A DNA stretch of 64,000 bases from Bigelowiella natans CCMP2755 (GCA_000320545.1 ADNK01001110.1:1-64000); one strand, 5' to 3'. Shown: positions 48,916 through 61,529, numbered from the stretch's first letter. Translations and numbers: made by a program. The notes: a model not told the origin generated them from the sequence alone.

Positions 48916-50535
48916 CGAAGAATCTACATTTTAACTTAAGTTCAAATACCTAACCTATCGTTACGACCATTGATAGGCCAACAAGGAATTGCAGCAGCAG
49001 CAGCAGCAGCAGCAGGGAGGGGTATGAAGAGCAGAGAGAAGAAGGCTCTGAATCCTGGTGATTTGCTTTCTCGTGATGCAATATTATTTAGATGCCAGTG
49101 AGAATACACACATAAACGGCGATGACGAGGAATCCGTATGTAAGCCATTGCCTGTCGACCTTTTATCACCAAGCATGGTACGTGTGAGTGCTGTCTTTCA
49201 TCTGTGCGGATGACTTAATCTCTCATCATCATCTTTTTCTTCTTCTTCGTCTTCTTTTCTTACTCCCCCCTAACCTCCACAGATTTAGCCCATTTTCGCA
49301 GAAGCTGAGCCCCCAGAAAACCTGATTTATCGTGATAGGTTTGCGATATGTTTTTTGCATATGGTCGTCGGTATCGGTGGCAATACAAACCACCGCCTTT
49401 GTCCTCCTTATCATCAGCATTCATCGTCATTGTCATCATCATCATTCTCATTGTGCGTCTCTGCTCGCGCGTTCAAATTTTTCGTGGGTTCCCTCATCCC
49501 AATGCTGCAGACGATGCTCTCCTCTCACCCCCTCCCCGAGGCCGAGCTACCGAAAAGGACTGAGAAAATCATGAAATCCGGCGGTGCTCCCCATAGCAAC
49601 CCGTATGTCTGTGTTGTTATAGTCAAATAAGCGGGAAAAGAAGAAGAAGAAGAAGAAGAAGAGGAGGAAGAAGAAAAAGACAAAGACGAAAATTGGACGC
49701 CAGAAGAGCAAAATCCTCCCACACGCACTACTGTAGTCTTCTCATCCCAAATCTAATCTGGTTACAGAATGGAGGATTCCTTTTCCCGGCCCATGCTTCC
49801 CAAAGGTTGCTATTCTACTAGAGTACATATCGATCGAAGACCAAACACAGCAGCGAGAGGGTAGTCAACGCCGATTCCACCTTTTATTTGTAAGAGAGTA
49901 TGATTCGTGTTTGACTCATGTGTGTCGTCGTCGTCGTCGTCGTCAAAAGGCTAGGTTCTAGCGCATAAATCTCTGTTTCTGAGACATAGTAGCAATGATG
50001 AAGGTGATCTTTATGGAAATGTGCGTGGAATACCCATCCCGCCGACAATTTGCCAAACGTGGCGATGTGCACCACATCTGGGAAAACAACAGCAACAACA
50101 TAGAGGTGCTCAGCATCGTCGACTAACCCAACCACCCCCCTCGCGAACACGTTCATTCTTCTCACCGGATAGGAAGTAGCAGGCGTATATGCGTGTGAGA
50201 AACACACTCAAGGGATGCCTGTAATGGTAGAGGTAACGCAAATATAATAAGGTGAATCTGTGCGTGTGCCGCATGCAATCATTCAGTGCAGTCCACATGG
50301 GCGCTCTCGTGACCTATGCATTGTCTCCATTGAAATAGCATGGAGAATTCCAGCGACCAGAGAAATGGAGGAGATTCCTGAAAAGGACAGGGGGTTACAT
50401 TGAACGGTTGTGGGGTGAAAGATTATCGTCGTATGAAGCAGGATCCATGCGACCTCTTCCCTGGTACAGTGTTCCTGCCTTACTCTCAATGCCACTGAGC
50501 CTATCAGTGTTTTCTCATAATTAAAATATAAAATA

Positions 50536-50574
<39 letters not shown>

Positions 50575-50817
50575 CTGCATGCAGCATTAAAGCGTAATAA
50601 GAATCCTCTGCTCCAGTGAGAGCGCAACGAAGCACCACCTTAGGTACAGCCACACGGATCCAAGCACAGCGTACGCATAAATCCCCCCCAGATAGATCAC
50701 CACCTTGAAGAGAAGCAATGTCGATTTTCAGAAGGTGTGCTTAATACACCGCAGTAATTTTACTGCTGATCTCACCGGAAGAAGAAGGGCCTCCCCCACG
50801 AACACTAGCTCACCCAT
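47380..50817 (-). CDS. Putative multi-exon membrane protein, family not identified
   Basis: MGELVFVGEALLLP|VVIYLGGIYAYAVLGSVWLYLR, many short exons between microsatellite introns, HGFLNVAILATMFF, terminal ..LGALVTGLVGLLSMLRLNLIGPSKSKKND*. Confidence 0.4.
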
Positions 50818-51343
50818 CTATCCTGGCGAGCCTTTACAGCGGCACTAATCGAGAGTCACGAGGAGATGGCGGTTGCCACGCTCCTAATGTACTCGAACAC
50901 CTGTCTGGCCTGGAAACGGCACGCACAGCCTCCCTCGGCAGGCTGAGTCAAGATCCAGCTTTGTGGGTTTTGCAGCAATGCATCTGGCACAGTTGCGGGA
51001 TGGTAAACTTTCCTAGGATATTCGATGCGATGAAAACGGGAAGACGAACGCGTTTTCGAAAAGAGCGAAGCCAATAAACGGTTGTGGAGCTCCGTGCTTC
51101 TTCCGTACAAACCCGATGTTCTCACACCTATTTTTATCTCATTTTTTCTTTTTGCCGTTATTGAAAAACTTGCACTTGTTTTTGTCCTGTGACATCGTTT
51201 TGACCTTGTCGCAGAGAAAAATCACCTTATTGTTGGAACGGTGGTAACGCCAGTCGCACTCATCATTCGAGTACTATTAACTCAATTACATTTCTCAACT
51301 CAATTACCTAGCCGAACGATATCTACACGATCGGCCAACACTA

Positions 51344-52072
51344 ATGGGGGGAGGCTGTAGTGTACCAAAGAACAATGACGAGCTGAAGAGAAAGGTGAAA
51401 GAGTTGGAGGAGAAATTAGAGAAACAGCAGGAACAACCAGCAGAAATTAAGTCCGAATCCCCCAACCCTACTGCGAAAGAGCAACAGCTTGAGAAGAAGG
51501 TGAGAGAGTTGAAGGAGAAATTGCAGCAGCAGCAGCAGCAGCAAGCACTGCTTGCAAAAAGCAAGACTGTAGATCCCGTCCCTACGAAGAAGGAGCAACA
51601 GTTAGAGAAGAAAGTCAAGGAGTTAGAGGGGAAACTGCAGCAACAACAATTGCCGCCGGCAGGCAGTAAGTCAGAAGGCTCCATCCCTAATGAGAGGGAG
51701 CAACAGCTAGAAAAGAAAGTGAAGGAGTTGGAGGAAAAACTACAGCAGCAGCAACAGCTGCCGCCAGAAAGTAGTAAGTCAGGAGGCCCCATCCCTGGTG
51801 AAAAGGGGCAGCCCCAACAAGATTCGTTCTACTCAAAAGTGTGTGAATTCCACCTCGGTGATATGGAGGAAAAAAAAAAGAGCGTGCATAAGGAGGAAGA
51901 TATAGAGATCTCTGAGCTAATAGGAGATGGCTACTTTGGGAAAACTTACAAAGTCAAACTTAAGAAAGAGAACCCTGGACAGAAGCTGGACGATCGGGTG
52001 AGCGATGGGGCACTATAGTCGCATCGGGGAACTTGCTGTACACACGCAATAATGATAAAGATAAATTATATA

Positions 52073-52112
<40 letters not shown>

Positions 52113-54512
52113 TTAAACTATCATACATTTATACTGTGTAAATAATAATTTATCAACATATGCATGCATGTAATTTGGTGAGATGTTACAACTAGAATAT
52201 ACCTGTGCTTGATTTATCCTGTTATTGATTTTTTCACGAGCACAAAACATAAACGCAAAGTCCACCCCAAACATCGTGTGGTTATATCCGACAGTGGCTC
52301 GCTTTAAAGATTCCCTACAAAGGCTCCTTGGAAGAGCATGAGAACGAAATTGCAGTTCTTATGAAAATCACCGGGCACGAAAACGTCATACAATTTAGAG
52401 GCGTCGTAAGTCTGAAAAGCGGGTTCCAAGGTTACCTTGTTGATCATTGCGACCTCGGCAGACTGGATACACTACACGAAAAGTTCGATCTAAGTGACAA
52501 AAAAGGTGTGTGACTACGAACATGTATATATTCCAACAGCTTTGACGCACTCATATTTATTTAATTACCATTGATCTCGCACATATTATGTCAATGCAAC
52601 AGTGTTCTTCAGTATAGCTCGCGGGCTTTTCCTTGGCCTAAATCATCTGCACACGGCAAAAATTATCCATCGCGATATTGCATGTCGAAACATCCTCGTT
52701 GGAAAGGACTGGCAGGTTCGCATCGGCTCCTTTGGCCTCTCGGTTATGGCACCGACAGGTGGATGTCCCATGTCGTTTAACGAACGCTTGCCGTGGCCTT
52801 GGATGTCTCCTGAGACCCTTCGAGACAAGATGTACACATTCAAGTCGGATGTGTGGTCGGCTGGCGTCGCTTTGTGGGAGGTACTCTGCAAGGGAAATCT
52901 ACCTTACGCAGGTTCATCCTTATCGGCCCCTTTATATTATCTTGTGTCTGCTGTTAGAATATATTTCGTTTTCTCTGCAAAACAAGGTGCAATCACAACC
53001 ATAATTTACATCAGACAACCGGAAGCTACCTCCAAGCAGCGATGTTATTCCTAAAATAATATCCGGTTCAGAGTGCTTACGTGCTCCTACGTCACTCCCG
53101 AAGGAGCAGCGCTGGCAGCTGCTGGAAGATGGCAATTGGTACTTCTTTGATGATGATGACGCCGAGATCATCGAGAAGGCTTTCCTAAATGAGGAGGAAA
53201 CGACTGAGTTTCGAAACACTAACGATCGGCAATATTATGACGTCTTCTTCAAAAGCATGACGTACAAGGACAGGGGTACGAAGGTAGTTCGAGCTATCCG
53301 TCGTATTCCCATGAGTAAGTTGGTAACAGAGGAAGCCAGACCCGCAGAAGCTTTAGTCAATAATTGCCTCCGGTTTAACCATGCAATTCGCCCAAGTGCC
53401 TGCGATGTCCTCCTTGACTGGATTCCCGGTGGCCATGAGGCTTTGCAGGCTACCTCTCCTGCCACGAATTCATTGGCCGGAACCTTTGGCCCTGGCCTGC
53501 CGCCATTGCCGACTATTCGAGTTGGATCGGGTGTATGCCTGTCGAAGGACGGAATGTTTTTGTACGTCATCGGGAGCCTTGGTCGTCATGATGGAGCATG
53601 TTTTGACTTCACCCAAGGCGTTTGGCACACGGTGAGCACGGCTACATTTGCTACATTTCTGTAGTGATGTGCTCTCCCTAAGTATCGTTCTATTATGTTG
53701 GTGAGGCGAAGAGAGGTGTTTCTGTGTTTCTACCATTGTCTCCTTCATTCATAATCTGCTCTTTAACTGAATTGTTTTCCTTTCAGGTTAGCGATATGAG
53801 TCAAAAGAGGGCTTCCTTTGGGCTGTGTATGAGTCTAGACGGGCAGGCAATGTATGCTGTGGGGGGCTATGGCGAAGCGACAATGGAAAAGTATGAGTTC
53901 AGAGAGTCGAAATGGATCCTGATGGAAGGTGATCAAAATCAACTCAGTTGCTGCCGCGATGGTCTTGGGTTATGCCTATCACTCGACGGGGCTAAGATGT
54001 TCGCCTTGGGAGGTGAGGATGAGGATGGTGAAATGCTCGATTCAATGGAAGCGTACGACTTCAAAGAGTCCAAATGGACCGCATTGGAAGCAAAAATGAC
54101 CAACGCGCGAAAAAATTTCGCCGCATGTTTGACACCGGATGGCAAGTACATAGCTGCAGTGGGAGGATTCGACAATGAAAACGATCAGGCTTTAGATTCT
54201 ATTGAAATGTTCAACATAGCTGAAGGGAAGTGGGAGGAAGCAGGGCGACTCAATGTGGCTAGACATTCATTGGAGGCATGCATTTCCCCCGATGGAAAGT
54301 TTCTCTATGTCTTAGGAGGGTGCAATCAGGAAGAAGAGGGTCTTGATTCCATTGAAGTCTTTCAATGGTCCGGCAGCAGCTGGAACCATGAACGCGAAAT
54401 GAAATTGAAGCACACACGCTACAACCACGGAGCTTGCATGTCCAAGGACGGAAAGCAAATTTTTATTGTTGGTGGAAGAGGTTGCCAAGCCGTGGAACAG
54501 CTTCGCCTGTAG
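51344..54512 (+). CDS. Myristoylation-motif tyrosine-kinase-like (pseudo)kinase with inserted WWE domain and C-terminal Kelch repeats
   Basis: MGGGCS; IGDGYFGKTY; ALK; HRDIACRN; SFG; LPWPWMSPE; SDVWSAG; WWE-like WQLLEDGNWYFFD..IIEKAF..YDVFFKSM..RAIRR; Kelch repeats (MYAVGG, MFALGG, IAAVGG, LYVLGG, IFIVGG). Confidence 0.85.
51380..51800 (+). repeat. Four coding repeats of about 39 aa (KEQQLEKKVKELEEKLQQQQ..)
   Basis: Visible in the 51344-52018 ORF translation. Confidence 0.85.
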
Positions 54513-55507
54513 CAAGCAAGGAAGATTGATCTTCTAAATCAGCATGGCAGTTTGAGATGTAAAGCGAGGTTGCATGCACCGTGAAGCCCACACCTTGTTT
54601 GATTGCATCGCATGTTTGGACTGATGAGGAGGTGACGCAGCTCGTTTTTGCCTCAGCAACCCTTTTCCGGTGACACACACACTGACACAGCACAGTGCTC
54701 TAGCGCTGCTCACAACACACATGCAAGTGTCATTTCAACCAACCATGCCAGCATGCCATTCTCAATGAACGCAAACAACATGACGAATGTGTTGCTCACC
54801 TGTCATGAACAAACAAGCGTCAACCCACAACACGTGCCGTGCATTCATGCAAGCCACGCTGCAATGCCACGGCGGGAACTGGCACGGTCTAGGGGTGGGT
54901 GTGTCCCGCACGCATTGTATGCAAAAATGAACATTGCCACAGATGTTGCTCTTTGCGATCACATCCTGATGAAAATGCAGACTGTCGGATTGCGTCATTG
55001 CCACCGACGCAAACGAACTGATTAGCTGCAGCTACGCGCAGGCGAGCCCACATTGTCAGCACGGCAGCATCAGAGCCCGGATGTGCATGTGCAGGTCGTC
55101 AGCGACTGCGTTGTCGTGTGCTGAGTGCGAGCTAGCTGGCTAGCTGGGACACCGTGGTTGGTGCGTCCCAATCTGAACAATGAGCTAGTGAGACTCGCTG
55201 CAAAGTCTGGAAGTTGCAAGCAAGTTGCATGGTTTTCGATTGACCATTCACCTGCAGCAGGAATGACGATCCATCATGTGTGGATGAGCTGATGAACTTG
55301 CAGGTCCAGAGGTGTCCATCAGAGCACAACGGCTTGAAAAGCATGCATCCCGCCAGACGGGTTGGTTTCAAGCACGCACCACACTGCAAGCGTCAAATCG
55401 AGGCACACACACGTGTGAGCTGCTCAGAGCAGCGGCTGATTGGGGTGCAGTTCAAACAACAAAGTCTGAGCAAGCGTCACTCACTTTGATGAGGAAGATC
55501 GATTGAT

Positions 55508-56002
55508 TGTTGCGCGTAAGGTGTTCACAGGCCGAGGCGCTACGTGCACAAGTAGGCAGGGGGGGGGAAAGGCACGTTTGCTTCCTTTTGAAGAGTTGTG
55601 TTTATTTTTATTAAAGATTATATTTTTATTAAATCGTGCACTGCGTAATCATTCGCGAAGCTTTCGCGAATGCCGCCGCACGTGGGGCAGCACACTTCCG
55701 GTGTGCTGCCATGAGTCCCGCCGGAACCCACGTGCCTATGCTGTATTAATATCTACGTTATCTATATTCTATATCCGCGACAACCCCTTTGTTGTCGCAC
55801 GTGACTTGTGCCCGCGTAGTGGTACGCGCTACACCTCCCCCAAGTGATTCGTTTTGCGTCCACCTCGACGTCCAACGCAACGCGATGCACGATGCACACT
55901 TGAGTTGCTAGCAAGCTGGACGCATCTCTAACCTTATCTCCTTTGTCGCTTACCCAGAACTCACCTTCGTCCTTAGGTTCGTGTCCATACCAGCCCTCTG
56001 CA
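55508..56002 (-). mobile_element. Third LTR copy (55508-55833) + PPT stub + 79-bp unrelated DNA + 78-bp pol 3' fragment
   Basis: 55508-55845 matches 41234-41571; 55925-56002 matches 41654-41731. Confidence 0.92.
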
Positions 56003-56990
56003 GAGTGAAAAGGGACTCGAATGACGCCCGGAATTCTGCTTCCTTGAAATTCGAGATGAATTTTCAGCCTTTAATCTGAGGTGTGTTCGCTGGGCACGAG
56101 GGTCATGTTTGTGCGACAATAAAACATTGAGCAAATTTTGTACTTTGCCATGCTCTCATCGAGCAGGCGCTACCTTTGACACTTGGGTTGCATCTCTATG
56201 GATCTCCTAGAATGAGGACCGAGAAGCTTCCGAGCAAAGGCAGACCTGAAAAAAAGCAGCCAGATGGATGTTTGCAAGAAACGCTCTATGTGATATTGAA
56301 ATGTTCCGGAAATTTATGGAGCTTTTACACATTCTCTTCAGTCTATTCGCGATTTCCGTGTTTAATCTTGAAATGGTTCAATTTCTCTTGCTCCCATCTA
56401 TGTCTGAAAATGCTACCCGGAATACGATTTGCGCCAACTTATGCTTCCATTTGTGACCTATTTTTAATCAAACGACAAGTCGTATTCTTTGACGTAACAC
56501 ATGGTTTCAAGGAATTCTGAATTCTTACGAATTCGCAATCGCAAAATATAACTGAGGAATCCATTAGACCACTCTGCTGGTTGCCCCCCCCTCCATATTG
56601 TCTCACCTGTGTTCCCTCTATGTTCCCCTTATCACTGTACAATTGTATTCCGATTTTTTTACTGTTAGAAATATGTTTCTGCACTCTACTCCTTCGCCCC
56701 ATAGCGCTTTACAGCATCACATTTGACACGTCATTAAATGCATGTATCAATTGGTGGAAGAAGTGGAAGGTAGTTTGGGAGTGTGTTCGATGACATTTCG
56801 TAATCATGTTTTACTGTAGATAATCTGTACTTGATGGGGCAATAAAATTCGTTACAAACACAATGATACTTTGAGGAAATCTCCACAAAATTTCTTCTTT
56901 TTTGGTGCCATCGTTCTAATTCTGTCCGTTGATTCAGGATGGTGAAGGAACCCAAATCAAAGTGACCAGGATACCGAAGAGGATATAGAA

Positions 56991-59600
56991 ATGTCAACAA
57001 AAGGCAGTGACAAAGAAACTCCTCTGGAAAATCCCGGTGGCAAAACATCCCAGAAAGATGGAAGCGATGGAAGCAACCAGCAACCACCACAGAAATCCAA
57101 GGAAGGTGCTAGAGCAGAGGCCAAACGCCGATTCATGAAATACTTTCAAAAGTTCACAAAGGAAGGGTTAAGCAAGAAGGAAGCCTTCCAAAAGGCTATG
57201 AAACTCCTTCGAAGTACGCCTTCGTCCAACGAAAAATCATCAGAAAGTGAAAAGCCATCGAGCAGCTCATCCAACAGCAAGGCAGCTACGACTACGAAGA
57301 AGAGCAAAGAAGAAAAAGCAAGTACCGGAGCTGAGGGAGGAAAGGAGGAGATCAAACAAGAAGCTACGATCACGAAAAATGAAAACGTGCAGAAGGGGGA
57401 AGCTGGCACAAAGACCGAGCCTCCGAAAAGTGGGGGAACCGCCACAAAACAGGAAATTAATACGAAGAAAGCTCCAGTGATTCAAGGGACGAGCTCGGAG
57501 GAGTTCAATAAATGGATAGAGGAAGGTGAAAGCAACAAAGAAGGTTCGTTTGCAACAGCAATTCGTGAGGTGGGAAAGGTTTTCGGGAATGATGAGGCTC
57601 TAAGTCTAAGCTTTGCTGAGGCAAAAGAAATCAAAGTCACAACAGAGAAACCCTATATCGATTTCGAAGGCGTTCATGAATTTTATGAGAAGGCTGAGAA
57701 ACATTCAAAAGTAATGGACGCTTTGAATGACGCGGTGGATCGACTTTTAACCCCAATTGTGGTCCGCGCTAAAAGAAGCAGTGGTCTCACCGAAAGCAGC
57801 GATGCTCCTCTCCACAAATTGAGAAAGTACCTCATATTATTAGAAAATCCGGCTTTCCTAGATCCAGAATATCATGACATATTCAAAAAACTTTGTGAAA
57901 CTGTTTCGAAGTTGCCGGAAAAACATAAGGACGTTCTCACGAACTGGTTCGCCCAATATACACCAAAAAGAATGGAGGAGTTAATAGGGCGTATTCAGCA
58001 GTATATCACAGTTAGGTGGTACACCGGGAGACAAGTAGATGATCTTAGATATGGAACCATGGTTTTGGGGATTCTGTACCGCGCGAATGAGCCATGGAGA
58101 AATCATCGACCTCAAGTATATCTAAGTAACGATGAGAAGGGGAGAGGCACCCTACGAACTTTCTTTTCTCGAAGAAACCAGGATCTCAAGGCTCGTAGTA
58201 GAAGTTCCAACGAAGATGTTAAGGCAAAACCTCTGACAAGAATAATCACCTCAAACAAGGGCGAAAGACACGTCCCACTCGTCAAAGCAACGCTCTTCAA
58301 TAACGATGCCGTCAACGCTGAGCTGAGCCTAAAGGCTGATTACAGACGCTGGATTGAGAATGCGGGCTTGAGCTTCTGCAAGTTCAACTGGATCCTAGAC
58401 GCATCTTCAAAGAGAAATATCCTGAACATCGATGCGAGGTATCAAATGTCGGAGCACTTCAGAGAAGCTATGCTTGCAAGGATTTACTCCGGGAACATCG
58501 CATCTAGCCCTTACCTGGTGCTGAGGGTTAGACGTAACAACCTCATTCGGGATGCCACCATCCAGCTTCAGAATGCTCGGCTCGAGAACATGACCGAGGA
58601 CGGAGGTGATGACGAGAACAATATGTATTTCAAGAAGCCGCTGAAAATCAAGTTCGAGGGCGAGGAGGGGGTCGATGAAGGGGGTGTGCAGAAAGAATTT
58701 TTCCAACTCGTCGTGGCGCAGCTCTTTGACCCCCTGTACGGAATGTTCACCTACAATGAGAACACCCGCATATGCTGGTTCAATCACAAGTCAATATCGA
58801 CTGACGAGGAGTATGAGCTGATCGGAATTATTCTTGGCCTTGCCATTTACAACGGTGTGATCCTGGACTTGAGGTTCCCCATGTTCGTGTATAAGAAGCT
58901 GCTGGGTTACGACGCCACGATGGAGGATATGAAAGAGGTTGACCCCGAGCTGGCGAAAGGATTCCAAAAACTCATGACCTTCCCTGGTGATGTAGAAAGC
59001 ACTTTCTGCCGCACGTTCACTGTGTCATATCAGGCATTCGGAGCGACTCACACCGTTGAGCTCAAAGAGGGCGGGGCGAAAATTCCTCTCACGAATGATA
59101 ACAGAGAAGAATACGTGGATCTGTACTCCAAGTGGTACTTACAAGGTTCCATCAGCAAGCAGTTCGAAGCTTTCCGGAAGGGGTTCATGAAGGTATGCGG
59201 GGGCCCTGCACTACGTCTCTTCCGTCCTGAGGAGCTACACCTGATGATCTGTGGGACTGAAGATCTGGACTTTGAAGCTCTGGAGAAGAAGACGCAGTAT
59301 GACGGAGGCTACAACAAGGATTCTCCCGTGATTAAAAACCTATGGAAAATCCTTAAAAGGTTCAACCTTGAGCAGAAGAAGAAGTTCCTGATGTTTTGTA
59401 CCGGAAGCGACCGGGCACCTATCAACGGCCTCGGAGATCTATCGTTCACAATTTCCAAGAACGGAACCGACACCGACAGGCTTCCAACATCCCACACTTG
59501 CTTCAACCATCTTCTGTTGCCCCAATATGAATCCGAGGATACGCTTGAGAAGAACTTGTTGATTGCGGTGCAAAATTGTAAAGGATTCGGGTTGTTGTAA
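56991..59600 (+). CDS. HECT E3 ubiquitin ligase (UBE3A/HERC/Hul4-like), intronless, 869 aa
   Basis: PYLVLRVRRNNLIRD, KKPLKIKFEGEEGVDEGGVQKEFF, FCTGSDRAP, catalytic LPTSHTCFN, C-terminal GFGLL. Confidence 0.95.
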   Translation: MSTKGSDKETPLENPGGKTSQKDGSDGSNQQPPQKSKEGARAEAKRRFMKYFQKFTKEGLSKKEAFQKAMKLLRSTPSSNEKSSESEKPSSSSSNSKAATTTKKSKEEKASTGAEGGKEEIKQEATITKNENVQKGEAGTKTEPPKSGGTATKQEINTKKAPVIQGTSSEEFNKWIEEGESNKEGSFATAIREVGKVFGNDEALSLSFAEAKEIKVTTEKPYIDFEGVHEFYEKAEKHSKVMDALNDAVDRLLTPIVVRAKRSSGLTESSDAPLHKLRKYLILLENPAFLDPEYHDIFKKLCETVSKLPEKHKDVLTNWFAQYTPKRMEELIGRIQQYITVRWYTGRQVDDLRYGTMVLGILYRANEPWRNHRPQVYLSNDEKGRGTLRTFFSRRNQDLKARSRSSNEDVKAKPLTRIITSNKGERHVPLVKATLFNNDAVNAELSLKADYRRWIENAGLSFCKFNWILDASSKRNILNIDARYQMSEHFREAMLARIYSGNIASSPYLVLRVRRNNLIRDATIQLQNARLENMTEDGGDDENNMYFKKPLKIKFEGEEGVDEGGVQKEFFQLVVAQLFDPLYGMFTYNENTRICWFNHKSISTDEEYELIGIILGLAIYNGVILDLRFPMFVYKKLLGYDATMEDMKEVDPELAKGFQKLMTFPGDVESTFCRTFTVSYQAFGATHTVELKEGGAKIPLTNDNREEYVDLYSKWYLQGSISKQFEAFRKGFMKVCGGPALRLFRPEELHLMICGTEDLDFEALEKKTQYDGGYNKDSPVIKNLWKILKRFNLEQKKKFLMFCTGSDRAPINGLGDLSFTISKNGTDTDRLPTSHTCFNHLLLPQYESEDTLEKNLLIAVQNCKGFGLL

Positions 59601-60789
59601 TGAACATTTTTATCGGGTGGAGTCAGCTGGTAATCGACAGCAGCATAGGTAAGGAGTACGTCTCAGACGAATGCATCGGAGCAAATTTGTGAATACTTTG
59701 GATTATATCGTATTGTGCTGCCTTAAGCTGTTTTGAATATCAGTTTAGTCCATCAGCATGATGACGAGAATTCCTCTAATATCGAGATTAGTATTGAGAT
59801 GAAGGCACCGCAAATTTCAGTTTCTAATCAAGTTGGGTGCTCCAGTGATCTGTATATGCGGCTTGCAATACAATTACTACATATACATCTGCTAGAAAAA
59901 TGTATTTCTTGCGAATTTCAACAAGGCGCAATTTGATACTTTCGTTACAGCGGCGTCAAGTTAGTAATGCACTAGATTGCAAGCCGGAGCTCTGCGAAAG
60001 TTTGCCTTCCAGCTTCAACAATGATTTGTTTTCGCCGTGATGAACATGTGAAACGCGCCCTGCTAGAGCTGCAGCACACTTCTAGACTAGACAGCGCATT
60101 TTGTCAATGCGATCATTTTGTGTGCAGATGCCAAGCATGCATGCTAGCCAGCATGGGCATGCAGGTGGCTAGTGCAGTGCACTACCTGGCGAACGCTGCA
60201 TTCGCGCCAGTTACGTGTTTGCTTGCGATTTGGAAGAAAGCTGGAAAAAGTCCATCCTCGTGCAGCGACTTCACTGCTAATATGATAGACATGCAATACA
60301 CAATATATAATATATATATATATATAATATATATAGTGTATTGCTGTGTCTATTATTAATTGAGCAGTGATGAACCTTTGATTGATGTCATGACGCAGCT
60401 AGCTGCGCATTCGCATGGCGGCATGTGTTCACACCGCCCATCTGCCATCGCAATCGTCCACAAAGAGCAGTGCGATGCAGGATGCAGCATCATGCCATCT
60501 TCATCTTCAACCAATGATGGGTCAAAATGTGACTGTGCCATGGCCATGCTGGCATGGGAAGCTTGTACATGTGCATCGCAACATCCACGTCGATCTGCAC
60601 GGCCGTGCTGGCGTGTTGCCACCGCTGGACCGCATTGCGAAAGCGCATTGACGCCGTGTTGAAAGCCGCATTGTTGGCGCATTGATCAACACGGCAATTT
60701 TCAAAACGCGGCCGTCAACACGTTGGAGCGCATTGGCGATCTTGCAGATCTGAGCTCAATGATCATCAATGACCCCCTGAATTTCCCCC

Positions 60790-61209
60790 ACATTTTTCAA
60801 TGACAATGAACACAACAAGTGACAACTAGCTTGACAATGACAAGACCACATTTCTAAAGTGCGTTTCTAGGTTGCAAGACATTGAACATTGAACATTGAA
60901 AGAAGCATCAATGCAAACTGCATGCTGGCAGGAGCAAGAACCACATGGGAGACATGCACAAACACGTGCCAGCGCCTCATCAAAAATCATTGCGAGGACT
61001 TGTCAGCACCCTGAGAACAATGCCAGAATCACAATGAGAACAACGAGAACAATGAACAATGTGCAATGAACAATGATGATGAACCACATTTCAATGAGAA
61101 CAATGATGACAAACTAGCAAACTGCATTCTAGCATTTCCAAAATGCAACAAGACATTTGCAGTGCACGAAACGCAGTGCCTCGAACTAACTTTAGTGAGG
61201 TCTAACTAG
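60790..61209 (+). mobile_element. Degenerate interspersed repeat related to 6981-7280, with AACAATG subrepeats
   Basis: Reciprocal alignment with 6981-7280; ends in an imperfect hairpin CCTC..ACTAA/TTAGT-GAGG followed by CTAG|T. Confidence 0.6.
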
Positions 61210-61529
61210 TGAAACTGTGACCAGAAGGAATCAAGAGTGGCATTCTGGCCATTCCTCCATTCCTAGATTCATTTTCTTTCGTGCCTTTTCTTTGCCAACC
61301 CTGTTGGTGTGACGTTTGCAGTTCCAACCTGCATCTTGGATGTAGCGACAAAATCGTTGAGCGGTTGCGAGAAACATTAGAAGAAATACAGGGCATTTTT
61401 GGAAAAATTCGTATCGGAATAAATAGGGAAGAAGAATCGGGCATGCACAAAATCCATCGTCGGACACTCCTTTTTTTTACTCATACCCCGAGATACCTAC
61501 CATCCCTTCGAGCAAGGGAAAAACTGCAA

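Noticed and set aside
54621-54650. CTGATGAG hammerhead core (also at about 16235)
   Set aside because: No GAAA after a stem II and no closing stems.
56176-56793. Short ORFs upstream of the HECT gene
   Set aside because: No recognisable domain or splice pattern; mostly non-ATG starts.
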